Shown piece after piece: positions 44,269 through 54,442 of a DNA stretch of 64,000 nt (the first letter of the stretch is position 1; each line of letters opens with the position of its first letter). Under the pieces are notes generated by a model. That model was not told the DNA's origin. It made no database searches and was given only the letters and a program-made list of their open reading frames with translations. The stretch lies in NCBI GenBank assembly GCA_041483895.1, contig JBGPGO010000003.1, positions 96,001-160,000 of the forward strand, given 5' to 3'. Made by a program: the position numbers and the translations under genes. This DNA comes from Fimbriimonadia bacterium (GTDB lineage Bacteria > Armatimonadota > Fimbriimonadia > Fimbriimonadales > JABRVX01).

Positions 44269-45975
44269 CTATCCGCCCGAGCGACTGCCTAGGACCCGGT
44301 CCAGGTTGCGCCGGGCAATCTCCTTCTCTTGACTGCCAAATTGTGCCGCTTCGTATGCCTCGTTGTACGAATTCGCTGCCGGCCCCAACTGGCCGGCCCG
44401 TTCAAAAAGGACCCCAACGTTGATCAGCAAGTCGGCGGCGTAGTTAGAATACCTTGCGGCGTTGGCCTGATCTTTGCGCTGCAGCGCGTACTCCGCCGCG
44501 GTCTTCCATTGGCCCGCCGCGGCGATCAGCCGTTCAATTTTTACGTCGTTGGACTGCGCCTGGTTCGCGTATGTTTCATTGAGGCGGCCCATGTCTGTGA
44601 AATAGGCCGGGTTCGTCGGGTCGTCCTGCAGCGCCGCCTGGAACATCTTTTCGGCCTCCGCGAGATTGTACATGCGAAGATCGGCCTGGCCGGCTTTCTC
44701 GTAGAACACCGCCCGGTTGATCCGTACGCGCTGGCGAAAGGCATCGGACTGCGCTTCCTGGTCTAGCTTCGTCATCATCGCCACTGCCTTCAGCGGGTCC
44801 TGGTCTGCGACCGCCTTGGCCTTGTTCAGATCGATGGAATATTGCTCGTCATGCTTCTGCGCCATCGCGCCCTCGTACCAGTTCCCGATGCCCATTACCA
44901 ATCCGACACCGATCCCCACCATGCCGACGCCGATAGCGAAGGTGAGGAAGATGCGTCCGATCATGGCCTTGGCGTGGGGGCTGAGGAGCGGGCGGGGCGG
45001 CGCGGGCGGCTGCCACAGAACGGGTGGTGGAGGGTAGCCCATCTGGGTCTGCTGGGTGGGCAGAAAGACCGGTTGCTGCTGCATCGTCGGGTAGGTGGGG
45101 GAAGAGCAGGGGATGATGCCCTGCGGCAGATAGGACGCGGTTTGGATGGGGTCCTGGGTCTGCTTGACCGCCTCCTTCAGCGCGGACGCCATCTCGGAGG
45201 CCGATCCGTATCGCAACGCCACGGATTTCTCGATCGCCTTGCGAATCACCATCTCGACGGCGTGATGCACTCCGGGCGGGGTCGCGGGGTCGGTGTTGCA
45301 AATATTATAAGTAATTGTAACTACGCTGTCGCCGGCAAACGGTTTTGCGCCGGTAAGCATCTCGTAGAGCACCACGCCGCAGGAGAAGATGTCCGTCCGC
45401 GCGTCCAGGTCCCGGCCCACCACCTGTTCGGGAGACATGTAGCTGGGGGTGCCAAACACCTGCCCGTCCATGGTGATGCTGTGCTCGAACGTGAGGCGCG
45501 CGATGCCGAAGTCGGTCAGCTTGACCCGCCCATCATTCAAAATCTGAATGTTGTCCGGCTTGATGTCCCGGTGGATGACGCCGTGCTGGTGGGCGAAGCT
45601 GAGCGCGTCCAGAACCTGGTTCATGATGTCCACGGCCTCGCCGAGCGGGATGAGACCGTCCGCGTCTAGGCGTTCGCGCAGGGTCCGGCCCTCCAGGTAC
45701 TCCATGGCGATGAAGTGCTTGCCCGCGTCCTCGCCGACCTCGTAGATGGTGACGATGTTGGGGTGGATCAGGCTTCCCGCGGCCTTAGCCTCGCGCTGGA
45801 ACCTCTTCAGGCGCTCATCCAGCTGGGTCTGGGTGCCGCCGGCGGGGAATACCAGCTCCTTGACGGCCACGCGCCGGTTGGTGGCGGGATCGTAGCCCTC
45901 GTAGACGATGTCGTTGCTACGGGCGATCTCGCGGATGATCTGGTATCGGCCTATGGTCTCTGCTGCGGCGCTCAT
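44269..45975 (-). CDS. Hanks-type Ser/Thr protein kinase with TM and TPR-like sensor
   Basis: VAVKEL, HRDIKPDN, DFGIAR, GTPSYMSPEQ; Pro/Gln linker; TM; TPR helices. Confidence 0.95.
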   Translation of the reverse strand: MSAAAETIGRYQIIREIARSNDIVYEGYDPATNRRVAVKELVFPAGGTQTQLDERLKRFQREAKAAGSLIHPNIVTIYEVGEDAGKHFIAMEYLEGRTLRERLDADGLIPLGEAVDIMNQVLDALSFAHQHGVIHRDIKPDNIQILNDGRVKLTDFGIARLTFEHSITMDGQVFGTPSYMSPEQVVGRDLDARTDIFSCGVVLYEMLTGAKPFAGDSVVTITYNICNTDPATPPGVHHAVEMVIRKAIEKSVALRYGSASEMASALKEAVKQTQDPIQTASYLPQGIIPCSSPTYPTMQQQPVFLPTQQTQMGYPPPPVLWQPPAPPRPLLSPHAKAMIGRIFLTFAIGVGMVGIGVGLVMGIGNWYEGAMAQKHDEQYSIDLNKAKAVADQDPLKAVAMMTKLDQEAQSDAFRQRVRINRAVFYEKAGQADLRMYNLAEAEKMFQAALQDDPTNPAYFTDMGRLNETYANQAQSNDVKIERLIAAAGQWKTAAEYALQRKDQANAARYSNYAADLLINVGVLFERAGQLGPAANSYNEAYEAAQFGSQEKEIARRNLDRVLGSRSGG

Positions 45976-46128
45976 TCAGTCTTGGGGCCTTTTGGGGCTT
46001 CTTCGTTTGTGGCGCGGAAATTCATCTGTTCCCATTATATGACATGGGTAAAGGGCAACTCGTTTCAATGCCTAGCAATTATCCCTGGTAAACCGCTTGA
46101 TTCCTTCGCCCGCATGCGGCTCCTCGAT

Positions 46129-46334
46129 CCCCTCCCCCGCTTGCGGGGGAGGGTTAGGGTGGGGGTTCTGGAAAGCCCTCCCCCTTTTTTCCGTCCGGAG
46201 ATAACCTTCGATGACCAGCCACCGGAAAAAGGGGGAGGGTTAGGTGGGGGTTCCGGAAAGCCCTCCCCTTTTTTCCGTCCGGAGATAACCTTTGATGACC
46301 GTCCACCGGAAAAAGGGGGAGGGTTGGGTGGGGG
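46129..46334. repeat. REP-like tandem palindromes (one short unit plus two 85-bp units)
   Basis: ccctcccc...ggggaggg-ttagg(g)tggggg arms; units at 46170 and 46255 are nearly identical. Confidence 0.85.
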
Positions 46335-46513
46335 TCTCTCCGGATTCTTCGTAGGCGCGGGTCGTCTTGCCGATATCCAACCTATTACCGACCACCAGGA
46401 CCCGCGTGACGAGGGCCGCAATTGCCGATACTCGACGCATTCTCACCGCCAACCCCGAAATAATTCGGTGTACAATGTCAGCAGGATATCATTTCCAGAG
46501 GTGAACCGCAGCC

Positions 46514-48049
46514 ATGAGATCACTCGCGATAGTTCTTCTGTCCACGTTAGCGTCCGCCACACTGGCGCAAAACGATCCCGCATCGTGGCCGATGTATCAA
46601 CACGATTCGCAACATTCCGGCCGGAACGACTTTGTCGAGGTCTTGCCGCAACACGAGATCGGTTGGACTGCTGATTGCTATCCATATTTCAGTAGCCCAG
46701 TCATTGTATCAAGCGACGACGGTTGCGTCCTAGCGTGCTCATCTTACGCACTTCAATGTTTCTGGGAGTCCGGATTGCTTCGATGGCGATATGAAGATAT
46801 AGGAATCGGCTACGCTTCAATTGTGTTACCAAATGGGCTATTGGCTATGCCGGGAAGTGGCTTTACCGACGTCTTCAGCCCGACTGGTACTCGCCTTGGC
46901 CGGATGAAGGGAATTGATGGCCTCCGTGCCGCTGTTTTGGAAGACAGCTCAATCGCTGAAGCGGGGGAATTTCTGAAATTTCCGGACGGCTACAGCTACC
47001 ATGACACAACTGGGCTTTACACAAATGTCGTGGCCGCCAGAGACGGTTACGTATATGCGCTGGCTGGTGAAAAAACGGGCAAGCTAACGGTTGCCAAGAT
47101 GACGCCGACCAGCATTATTTATGGGCCAGAACTTCCCTATGGAGCCGCTGGAAGCCTTCTGATATGTGGGCCGGGCGACAGACTTTATTTTGTTGCCAGT
47201 AAGCCGCAATCTGGTTACCGTTTAGTTTGCGCTGACCTGACTGGAAACAAACTGTGGGAGTCCAATGTGGTCGTCCCCGATTCCTTCGCTGTTGCTCGGG
47301 ACGGGACTGTTTATGCTAAAACTGGCACCCATCTTATCGCCATCGGCCCAACTGGGGAACTCGCATGGGATCTCACGGTGTCGTTCAACGGTGGTGACCA
47401 GTGGCCACCGATTGTCGACTCATCTGGACGAGTGTTCCTTATTAATACGAATGATCCGCTTGGCGGCAGCGCCATTCTATGCGACTCTCCAAACGGTTTC
47501 TTCGAATGGAGCCAACGCATCGCACCGTTTTGGGATTACCCGATCGCAACCGCGATGTGCCTCTCTCCGAGCGGCCTGCTTGTGGGCTGCGCAGATGGAT
47601 TCCTATACAGTCTCAAGACAAAGACTCACAAACGGACAGTTAAGTTGTCTGTGGAATTGAATGGTATTGCCCCCGAAGCAACGCCGCCACAACTGGAATA
47701 TGACTTGCGATTGCCGGGATCGGATGCCGCGTTTTACTGGCACAAAGTGTCACCTAACGCCGATGGAACCTATGACCTGCTCCTCCCAAACGGAACGTTT
47801 GACGTTGGATTTAAGCCGCAAGGCTGGCTGTCTCGGCTGGTTGCCAACATTGACGATAACACGACGCAAATTCAGTCGCTTTGCCAAGGCGGAGATGTCA
47901 ACAACGATGACACAGTGGACATTCAAGACCTAAATGCCGTAATGATCAATTTTGGCGGCACGGGAGCCGACACGAACTTGGACGGAACGACCGACCTTCT
48001 AGATCTCAACCGCGTCTTTATTGATTTCGGCCTTGTCGGCGAGTGGTGA
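46514..48049 (+). CDS. Secreted PQQ-like beta-propeller protein with C-terminal dockerin-like domain
   Basis: WPMYQHDSQHSG start, propeller blades, ends GGDVNNDDTVDIQDLN...DTNLDGTTDLLDLN. Confidence 0.82.
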   Translation: MRSLAIVLLSTLASATLAQNDPASWPMYQHDSQHSGRNDFVEVLPQHEIGWTADCYPYFSSPVIVSSDDGCVLACSSYALQCFWESGLLRWRYEDIGIGYASIVLPNGLLAMPGSGFTDVFSPTGTRLGRMKGIDGLRAAVLEDSSIAEAGEFLKFPDGYSYHDTTGLYTNVVAARDGYVYALAGEKTGKLTVAKMTPTSIIYGPELPYGAAGSLLICGPGDRLYFVASKPQSGYRLVCADLTGNKLWESNVVVPDSFAVARDGTVYAKTGTHLIAIGPTGELAWDLTVSFNGGDQWPPIVDSSGRVFLINTNDPLGGSAILCDSPNGFFEWSQRIAPFWDYPIATAMCLSPSGLLVGCADGFLYSLKTKTHKRTVKLSVELNGIAPEATPPQLEYDLRLPGSDAAFYWHKVSPNADGTYDLLLPNGTFDVGFKPQGWLSRLVANIDDNTTQIQSLCQGGDVNNDDTVDIQDLNAVMINFGGTGADTNLDGTTDLLDLNRVFIDFGLVGEW

Positions 48050-48251
48050 GGGCATATAGATTGCTCGCAATTGGGAAATTTGTCTTTGTTGTAGCCGCAG
48101 GTTCTCGTTCTGAATTGTTCTCTACCGGCTGCTCCAAAACCTGCGTAAGAGGGTTGGAGTTGTTGATGGCCAACCGCTTCCCATTGACTACCATTCCCAC
48201 GCGGATTTTGTTCGTGGCGACTCGGTCACGGTTCAGAATGAGAATCCGCGG

Positions 48252-51200
48252 CTACTTCGGAATAGTGAATTGATAGGAACCGGCGGCGAGTTCGGCGGAG
48301 CAGGCAGCTCCATCTGTTTTTGCAAACCTGGCGTGGGAGGCATCGCCTTTGACTTCGATCTTCGCGGGGTCTCCAACCGGCAGGAACAGCGTCGCCGTTG
48401 TGTTGGGGGGGACCGTGATGTCGAAGGTGGTGCGGTTATCGGCGATTTTCCACGATACCGAGATCGTCCCGTGGATGGAGTGGTAGGAACCGCGAGCGGA
48501 GGAGAGGCCGCCTCCGGGGAGGGGGCGAAGAATAAAGTGTTTGTAGCCCGGCGAGGCGGGATCGGGGTTGATGCCGATGATGGTGCGCATCATCCATTCT
48601 CCCACGGACCCCAGCGCCCAGTGGTTGAAGGAGTTCATCCCAGGGTCCTGGAACCCGCGCCCTTTCACATATCCGTCCCACCGCTCCCAAATGGTGGTCG
48701 CGCCGTTTTCTATACTATATCCCCAAGAGGGGAACGTCTTATTGAGCGCCACCTGGTAGGCGATATCATTGCGGCCGCGCTCCGTCAGCTCCATCATCAT
48801 TCGATGGGTGCTATGGAAACCGGTGGATATATGATTGTTATATTTCGCCAGCGCCGCTATCATCTTGTCGAACGCCTTTGCCTGCATCTCTTTCGGCAAT
48901 AGATCGAAGTTGAGCGCGAGCGCATATCCGGCCTGCGTATCACCTAGTATCGTGCCATCTTCTTTCACATACGCCTTGTTGAACACCGACTTGATCTCCT
49001 CATACAGTTTCTCGTACTTCTCGGCTTCGACGGAGCGAAGCCCTCCAAGAACCTTTGCCATCTGCGCCACATAATAGGTGGATCGCGCGAAGAACGCGGT
49101 GGCAAATACCTCATTTGGTATGGAGCCACCGGTGCGCGGCCAATCCTTTTGTATGAGAGAATCACCATTCAGCCAATCGTTATAATCGTTGTGGCGCTCC
49201 TTCTGCCATAGGTGATTTGGATTTTTGGAATCGATCCAATCGATCCACCTCCGCATACTATCAAAATGCCGCTCGATCAAACGCGTATCCGCATAGTTCT
49301 CGTACGCCACCCACGGCACAAAAACGCCCGCATCTCCCCAGGCCGGCACGCCATTGAACTTCTTATTCTTGCCGTACGGATTCGGAGAAAAGTCCCCATA
49401 TCTTCCGTCATCGGCCTGCGCGTCTCGCACATCCTGGAACCACTTCGTATAGAACGCCGCGAGGTCCATGTTGAAGCACGCGTTTTGCGCAAACGCCAAG
49501 ATATCGCCCATCCAACCCAGCCGCTCATCCCGCTGCGGGCAGTCCGTCGGAACGCTCATCAAGTTCGCGCGCTGCGTCCATAGGATGTTCTGCCACAACC
49601 GATTCAGCATCGGATCCGAGCAGTCGAATTCGCTGACGATCGGCGAGGACGAGTTGACGACAATCCCAACCAAATCTTCCAGTTTCGGCTTGTACGATAA
49701 CCCTGTCACTTCCACATAGCGAAAACCATGATAGGTAAAGCGAGGCTCAAATGTTTCCGATGCCGCGCCGTTGGGGATGTAATGATCGATTTGCGGCGCG
49801 CCCCGCAAGTTGGTGGTATATATCGTTCCATCGTCATTCAACATCTCGGCATGGCGCAGCGTCACTTCACTCTTAACATCTCGGACTGTTAACTTACAAT
49901 GCCCTGGCATGTTTTGACCCATGTCATACACATACACACCGGGCTTCGGCTCAGTGAGCGCCACGGCTTTGACAGTTAGAGTCTGGCGGATCGGTTCGTT
50001 GGGCTGCCATACAAGTTCTGCCTTGCCGTCCTTTTTGATCGCAACCGGCTTCCATCCCTCTGGATTCACCTTGGTGGCATCATACGTTTCGCCATCCAAC
50101 AGGTCCGCGATCCGCACGGGACCATCCACCGTGGCCTGCCAACTGTCGTCCGTCACCACCGTTTCGGACGAACCGTCATCATATTGAATATCCGTCTGCA
50201 TCAGGAACGCCGGTTTTCTACCGTAAACCGCGCGCGGCCTGCCATCATCCGTCAAGCCCTGAGCCATCCCCAACCTGCCCGCATACCACCCATCCGCGAC
50301 CGTCGCGACGATATTATTTTCACCCTGCCGCATCAGTTTCGTCACATCGTATGTCTGATATTGCACGCGCAGGTTGTAGTCCGTCCATTCCGGGGCCAGT
50401 CGGTGATCTCCAACAACCAAGCCATTGATCGTCACCTCATACACTCCCAGAGCGCTCACCGTCGCGATCGCGCGCTTGATCGCCTTGGCGGCTTGGAATT
50501 GTTTTCTAAACATCGGCGCGGGCAGTGGTTCCGATCCTTTTGATCCATGCGACAGTATGTCCCCATCCGTCAAATAGCGCGTTGACCAATCGCGATTTTC
50601 GATGGAATCGGAGGCGATGACGGTGGCGCCTTGTGACAGTACTTTGCTCTCGTTCAGCACCTGCACTTCCGCCAACGCAAATCCATACTTACCGGGCTCT
50701 CGCTCGCGCATCTTCGTCACGGTCAGCCGAATACATCGCGCCCGCGTCGGTTCCAGCGCAATCTCCACGGGGCCATCGCCAGGCCGCTCTTGATCCGATT
50801 GAGTAAAGGAAGCAACAACAATCGTATCGGTCGCGTCCTGCCGGCTGTAAATCTCAACCATGTACCGCACCGGAAACAGGAACCCTGGCGTGTCGGGAAA
50901 GTCGTACGGCCTGGCAGGGAAGAGCTTGATCCGATCGAAGTCCTGCGCGCCGCTCATTTCAATGGAAACGGTCTTGATTGTGTCCGGACTATCCGCCAAC
51001 TGGGAATGAAATCCGTTGCGCGAAGGCACAAAATCCTGGACCGGCGTCGCGTTCTCAATCCATTTGGCCTTCCAATCTTCCGGATGCAACATTCCAACGG
51101 ACCAATGGGCGGTCTCGCTCCAGAGGCCGGGCTGACCGTCCTGGTCCCACGATCGCACCTGCCAATAACAGAATTGCCCGGATGTCAGCGGTTTGCCGGC

Positions 51201-51455
51201 ATATTCGATATGGATCGTCGCATCGCTAGCAACCTTTCCGGAATCCCAAAGGTCCGGCCGATCCGGCAGCAAGGTCGGATCGCCGGCGACAACGATCTGG
51301 TAGGCGGTCTGTTTCGCGCCGTATCGCCCATCGCTGAGCTCCCAATACAGGTGCGGCCGCGACTCAGCGACCCCAAGCGGGTTGGTCAAGTACTCGCAGC
51401 GAAGGTTGATGGGTGCGGTATTCATAAGATGTGCGGCAAGCAAGACATGGATCAA
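48252..51455 (-). CDS. Alpha-L-rhamnosidase (GH78) with inserted discoidin-like module
   Basis: LRCEYLTNPLG, DMGQN, FTYHGFRY, PTDCPQRDERLGWMGD, GATTIWERW, MNSFNH; AGGAAGGAG SD before TTG 51455. Confidence 0.92.
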   Translation of the reverse strand: MIHVLLAAHLMNTAPINLRCEYLTNPLGVAESRPHLYWELSDGRYGAKQTAYQIVVAGDPTLLPDRPDLWDSGKVASDATIHIEYAGKPLTSGQFCYWQVRSWDQDGQPGLWSETAHWSVGMLHPEDWKAKWIENATPVQDFVPSRNGFHSQLADSPDTIKTVSIEMSGAQDFDRIKLFPARPYDFPDTPGFLFPVRYMVEIYSRQDATDTIVVASFTQSDQERPGDGPVEIALEPTRARCIRLTVTKMREREPGKYGFALAEVQVLNESKVLSQGATVIASDSIENRDWSTRYLTDGDILSHGSKGSEPLPAPMFRKQFQAAKAIKRAIATVSALGVYEVTINGLVVGDHRLAPEWTDYNLRVQYQTYDVTKLMRQGENNIVATVADGWYAGRLGMAQGLTDDGRPRAVYGRKPAFLMQTDIQYDDGSSETVVTDDSWQATVDGPVRIADLLDGETYDATKVNPEGWKPVAIKKDGKAELVWQPNEPIRQTLTVKAVALTEPKPGVYVYDMGQNMPGHCKLTVRDVKSEVTLRHAEMLNDDGTIYTTNLRGAPQIDHYIPNGAASETFEPRFTYHGFRYVEVTGLSYKPKLEDLVGIVVNSSSPIVSEFDCSDPMLNRLWQNILWTQRANLMSVPTDCPQRDERLGWMGDILAFAQNACFNMDLAAFYTKWFQDVRDAQADDGRYGDFSPNPYGKNKKFNGVPAWGDAGVFVPWVAYENYADTRLIERHFDSMRRWIDWIDSKNPNHLWQKERHNDYNDWLNGDSLIQKDWPRTGGSIPNEVFATAFFARSTYYVAQMAKVLGGLRSVEAEKYEKLYEEIKSVFNKAYVKEDGTILGDTQAGYALALNFDLLPKEMQAKAFDKMIAALAKYNNHISTGFHSTHRMMMELTERGRNDIAYQVALNKTFPSWGYSIENGATTIWERWDGYVKGRGFQDPGMNSFNHWALGSVGEWMMRTIIGINPDPASPGYKHFILRPLPGGGLSSARGSYHSIHGTISVSWKIADNRTTFDITVPPNTTATLFLPVGDPAKIEVKGDASHARFAKTDGAACSAELAAGSYQFTIPK

Positions 51456-51572
51456 GTCTGAACTCCTTCCTGCCCCAATTCGATGGAGGGTCCCAATTGT
51501 CCTAGTTTGCAGGGAGGGCAAGGCACTGAATTGTGTAAGATAGTAGCGATAACCTGATCGAAAGGGGAACGC

Positions 51573-51935
51573 ATGAAAGGTTCGCTATTCCTGTTCCACT
51601 GGAACCCGGAAGAGGCCGAGGCGCGCGCCAAACAACTATCGGACGCCGGCTGGCACGTGGAATTCGAGTGGGAAGACGGCGCGCGAGGCGGCAAAAAGGT
51701 GCTCGAGCAGCAACCCGATGTGGTCGTTTTCGACCTAGCAAAACGCTCCTCCCACAGCCGCGCAACCGCGGAGGGACTACGCGGATACAAGGCAGGACGG
51801 GATCTGCCCATGGTATTTGTCGACGGTTCGGAAGAGAACATCGAAAAGACCAAGCGCAAGGTTGCGAACGGCATCTACACGACAACGGGCAAACTGCTCG
51901 AAACGCTAGTTCGATTGTTGGCTAAGGCCCGCTAG
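51573..51935 (+). CDS. Stand-alone receiver-like (CheY-fold) protein
   Basis: PDVVVFDL...DLPMVFV; atypical N-terminus. Confidence 0.65.
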   Translation: MKGSLFLFHWNPEEAEARAKQLSDAGWHVEFEWEDGARGGKKVLEQQPDVVVFDLAKRSSHSRATAEGLRGYKAGRDLPMVFVDGSEENIEKTKRKVANGIYTTTGKLLETLVRLLAKAR

Positions 51936-51937
51936 TT

Positions 51938-52267
51938 TTATCCCTTCGGATCGCCGGGGAGTCGGTCGGCCTTGATTTCGTTGAGGTTGGTCTTGCCGTC
52001 CCCGTCCGAATCCAGCATTTCGACCTTCGCTAGAATCTCCGGGGTGAGCTTCTTGATCTTAGCGCCGGCGGCTTGCTTAATAGCTAGCCCATAGCTGTTG
52101 AGCTTCGGTCCCTTTTTGCCGATATGGCAGGTCATGCAACTGGTCGCGTGGATTTTTGAACCCGCCTTGATACCGTACTTGGTCTCGAAGACCTTTTGGA
52201 AGCTGGTCAACGCCATCGCGGTCGCGGCGATGAACAGAAGGACCATCAAAATCGCAGTTCGTTTCAT
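51938..52267 (-). CDS. Small secreted c-type cytochrome with DxDxDG calcium-binding tail
   Basis: Signal peptide, CMTCH, LNSYG, LDSDGDGKTNLNEI...PGD; GGAGG SD. Confidence 0.8.
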   Translation of the reverse strand: MKRTAILMVLLFIAATAMALTSFQKVFETKYGIKAGSKIHATSCMTCHIGKKGPKLNSYGLAIKQAAGAKIKKLTPEILAKVEMLDSDGDGKTNLNEIKADRLPGDPKG

Positions 52268-52406
52268 GGTTATCCCTCCTTTGGGATTTGGGGTTCGCGT
52301 CGTTGCGATTCCCAATTGATTCATACCTCAAATTCGCTGAACAAAGTGCCTCAAATGGGCGAAATACCTATTGCCTACATGGTGGAAATTAACGGGGGTG
52401 AATGTG

Positions 52407-52646
52407 CTACGGCGCCGCGGCGATGCGGGGGACGCGGGCGAGTTGGTTCGGAAAGCGAGGCGCGTGCATGCCGGCGACGAAGCCGAGGCCGATTGCCATG
52501 AGAAATGCGGCGGCCGGCCACCGGCGAGTGACACTCGTCTGAGTGGAAAGAAGCCCAATTCCTACCGCTACCAAGAATACGAGGAGTTGTTTGGAGCTTC
52601 CTACCAGGTCGGAACGAAGAGAGCCGCCCGTGGCGATGACAGACAT
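52407..52646 (-). CDS. Possible small membrane protein
   Basis: Two hydrophobic segments; weak start signals. Confidence 0.3.
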   Translation of the reverse strand: MSVIATGGSLRSDLVGSSKQLLVFLVAVGIGLLSTQTSVTRRWPAAAFLMAIGLGFVAGMHAPRFPNQLARVPRIAAAP

Positions 52647-52730
52647 GGTGACGAGGCCGGCGGTCCATCTTTGGCCCAGCAACCCAGGAAACCAGATTGT
52701 TGATTCAGTACTCTTCACAGTTATGCAATT

Positions 52731-52749
52731 GGGGCCGTCTGACGGCCCC
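52731..52749 (-). terminator. Hairpin after the stalk-domain gene
   Basis: ggggccgtc-t-gacggcccc. Confidence 0.5.
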
Positions 52750-52769
52750 AATAATGGATCGGTTCGTTC

Positions 52770-54332
52770 CTAGTCCTTGGAGGTTACCAAAACATGGCCG
52801 GAAACCGGATCGTAATCAACGTCGACGTTCAATGCATCCCTCATAAAACTCAGGGGAACGATGGTCCGTCCGTCGACGAGGAATGCCGGAACGTCTAATT
52901 TTACGCCCGTTCCGTTCAATTTCGCAACCGATTTGCCTACCTGGATTCGGACCTCCATGCCCGGCTTCTTGGCGTTCAATACCTTCTGATGGTTGTCCCA
53001 CTTGATTTTTCCGCCGTCATGCTCGAACAGGTGGCGGAAGGGGGCAACCGGAACTCCATTGACCGTCGTTGGCTGAACATCAAAGCTGATTTCATCGCCG
53101 TCGAAGAAAACCGAGTAGCCGCTTGTGCTCAGATGGACACCCGTTCTGACCGCTATCAGGCCGGACGCGGCGCGCGCCTCAGCCTTGGGCTCGGCAACTG
53201 TGGCGTTGGACCCGACGGTGCCCTTGCTCTTGGCCGTCGGGGTGACGATGTTGATGGATGTGATCCCCGGTTCGACCGCTTTGGCCACTTGGATCGGCTT
53301 GCTGGCTTTGATGGATGGCCGCACAACTTTCGCTTCCGGTTTTATGGTCACAATTTCCCGCTTCACAACCGGCTTGCTGGAGACCTTGACCGCTTGAATT
53401 GCGGTCACGCTCCCCGGCGAAGTCAATCGTTGGCCGGTCATGGTGACGTCGGCCCGCTCAATTCCCTTGTCCAGCGCCGGCCTTCCGACAGGCGCATACT
53501 TGGTCACGCCGCCAATCTGGCCAACGGAAATCGCCGTCACGTTACCCGGCTCGCTTTCGTGCACATTGCCGGAAACGGCTTCGGTATTGCCGGACGAGGC
53601 GCGAACACCTGCGCTTTTCGTCAATACCGGCTCGCCACGGTCAAGTCCGGTCTCCGCCGGCGTCGTTTGGGTTTCTACACGGTCGGTTCGCCCACCGGGA
53701 TTGTTGACAAAAACCTGGATCTGGGGAGATTTGAAGGTGTCGAGGCTGGCGTCATAGGCCCATGCCTCGATTTGGTGCCAGCCGGGCGCCTCTTTGGTGG
53801 TGTCCCAAGAAAACTTGTAAGGCGGAACGTTGCGCATTTCACGGAACTGCCGGTCGATAAAGAGCGAAACGAATGGTTTCTTGATGCTGGGATCGATCGC
53901 GACATCGATTTGGTATTCGCCGGCAACCTGGTCGCCGTATTTCGGCAATCGCACCATGACAGGCGCCCCGGCGACGGCCGCAACAGAAATCTTCGTGCTG
54001 GACTTTCCGATCTGCTTGCTTTCCGAAGAGAGCAAGATGGCTTCCAAAATATGATCCCCAGGAGGCAGAGCGCTTGGATTCAGGTCGAAAACGGCCTCCC
54101 CGGCCCCGTTTACCGCCACCACATCGCGGGTCCCGATCACCTTGCCATCGAGGCGCAATTGCACGACGGAAGGGTTGAGGTCGGTGAATCGAACGATCAG
54201 GGAGTTCTGTTCAAATGCCTTTTGCAGAACAACCTTGGTGTCGAACACGAACGCGTAGATCGAACCCGAAAGGGCAAATAGGCACAGACCGAAGCACGCA
54301 TGGAGAACGTTCCTTGCCTTCGAATTAGCCAT
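52770..54332 (-). CDS. Secreted Ig-like + copper-amine-oxidase N-terminal (stalk) domain protein
   Basis: PPYKFSWDTT...H.IEAWAYD Ig-like domain; FDVQP...APFRHLFE..GG.IKWD...GRTIVPLSF stalk domain; AGGAG SD. Confidence 0.82.
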   Translation of the reverse strand: MANSKARNVLHACFGLCLFALSGSIYAFVFDTKVVLQKAFEQNSLIVRFTDLNPSVVQLRLDGKVIGTRDVVAVNGAGEAVFDLNPSALPPGDHILEAILLSSESKQIGKSSTKISVAAVAGAPVMVRLPKYGDQVAGEYQIDVAIDPSIKKPFVSLFIDRQFREMRNVPPYKFSWDTTKEAPGWHQIEAWAYDASLDTFKSPQIQVFVNNPGGRTDRVETQTTPAETGLDRGEPVLTKSAGVRASSGNTEAVSGNVHESEPGNVTAISVGQIGGVTKYAPVGRPALDKGIERADVTMTGQRLTSPGSVTAIQAVKVSSKPVVKREIVTIKPEAKVVRPSIKASKPIQVAKAVEPGITSINIVTPTAKSKGTVGSNATVAEPKAEARAASGLIAVRTGVHLSTSGYSVFFDGDEISFDVQPTTVNGVPVAPFRHLFEHDGGKIKWDNHQKVLNAKKPGMEVRIQVGKSVAKLNGTGVKLDVPAFLVDGRTIVPLSFMRDALNVDVDYDPVSGHVLVTSKD

Positions 54333-54389
54333 TCCTTCTCCTCCTTGAACACCGCTCGCCCGTCTTCGCGGGCGCATCGACAACGTACG

Positions 54390-54418
54390 AGACTAGCACA
54401 ATGACGCGTTGGTGTCAA
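54390..54418 (-). promoter_or_regulatory. Sigma70-type promoter
   Basis: TTGACA-N17-TAGTCT on the minus strand. Confidence 0.65.
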
Positions 54419-54442
54419 CCCCATTGGACGAGGCGAGGCGCC

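Noticed and set aside
46129..46334. CRISPR array
   Set aside because: The 'spacers' are near-identical, there are only 2-3 units and no cas genes; it fits REP-like tandem palindromes
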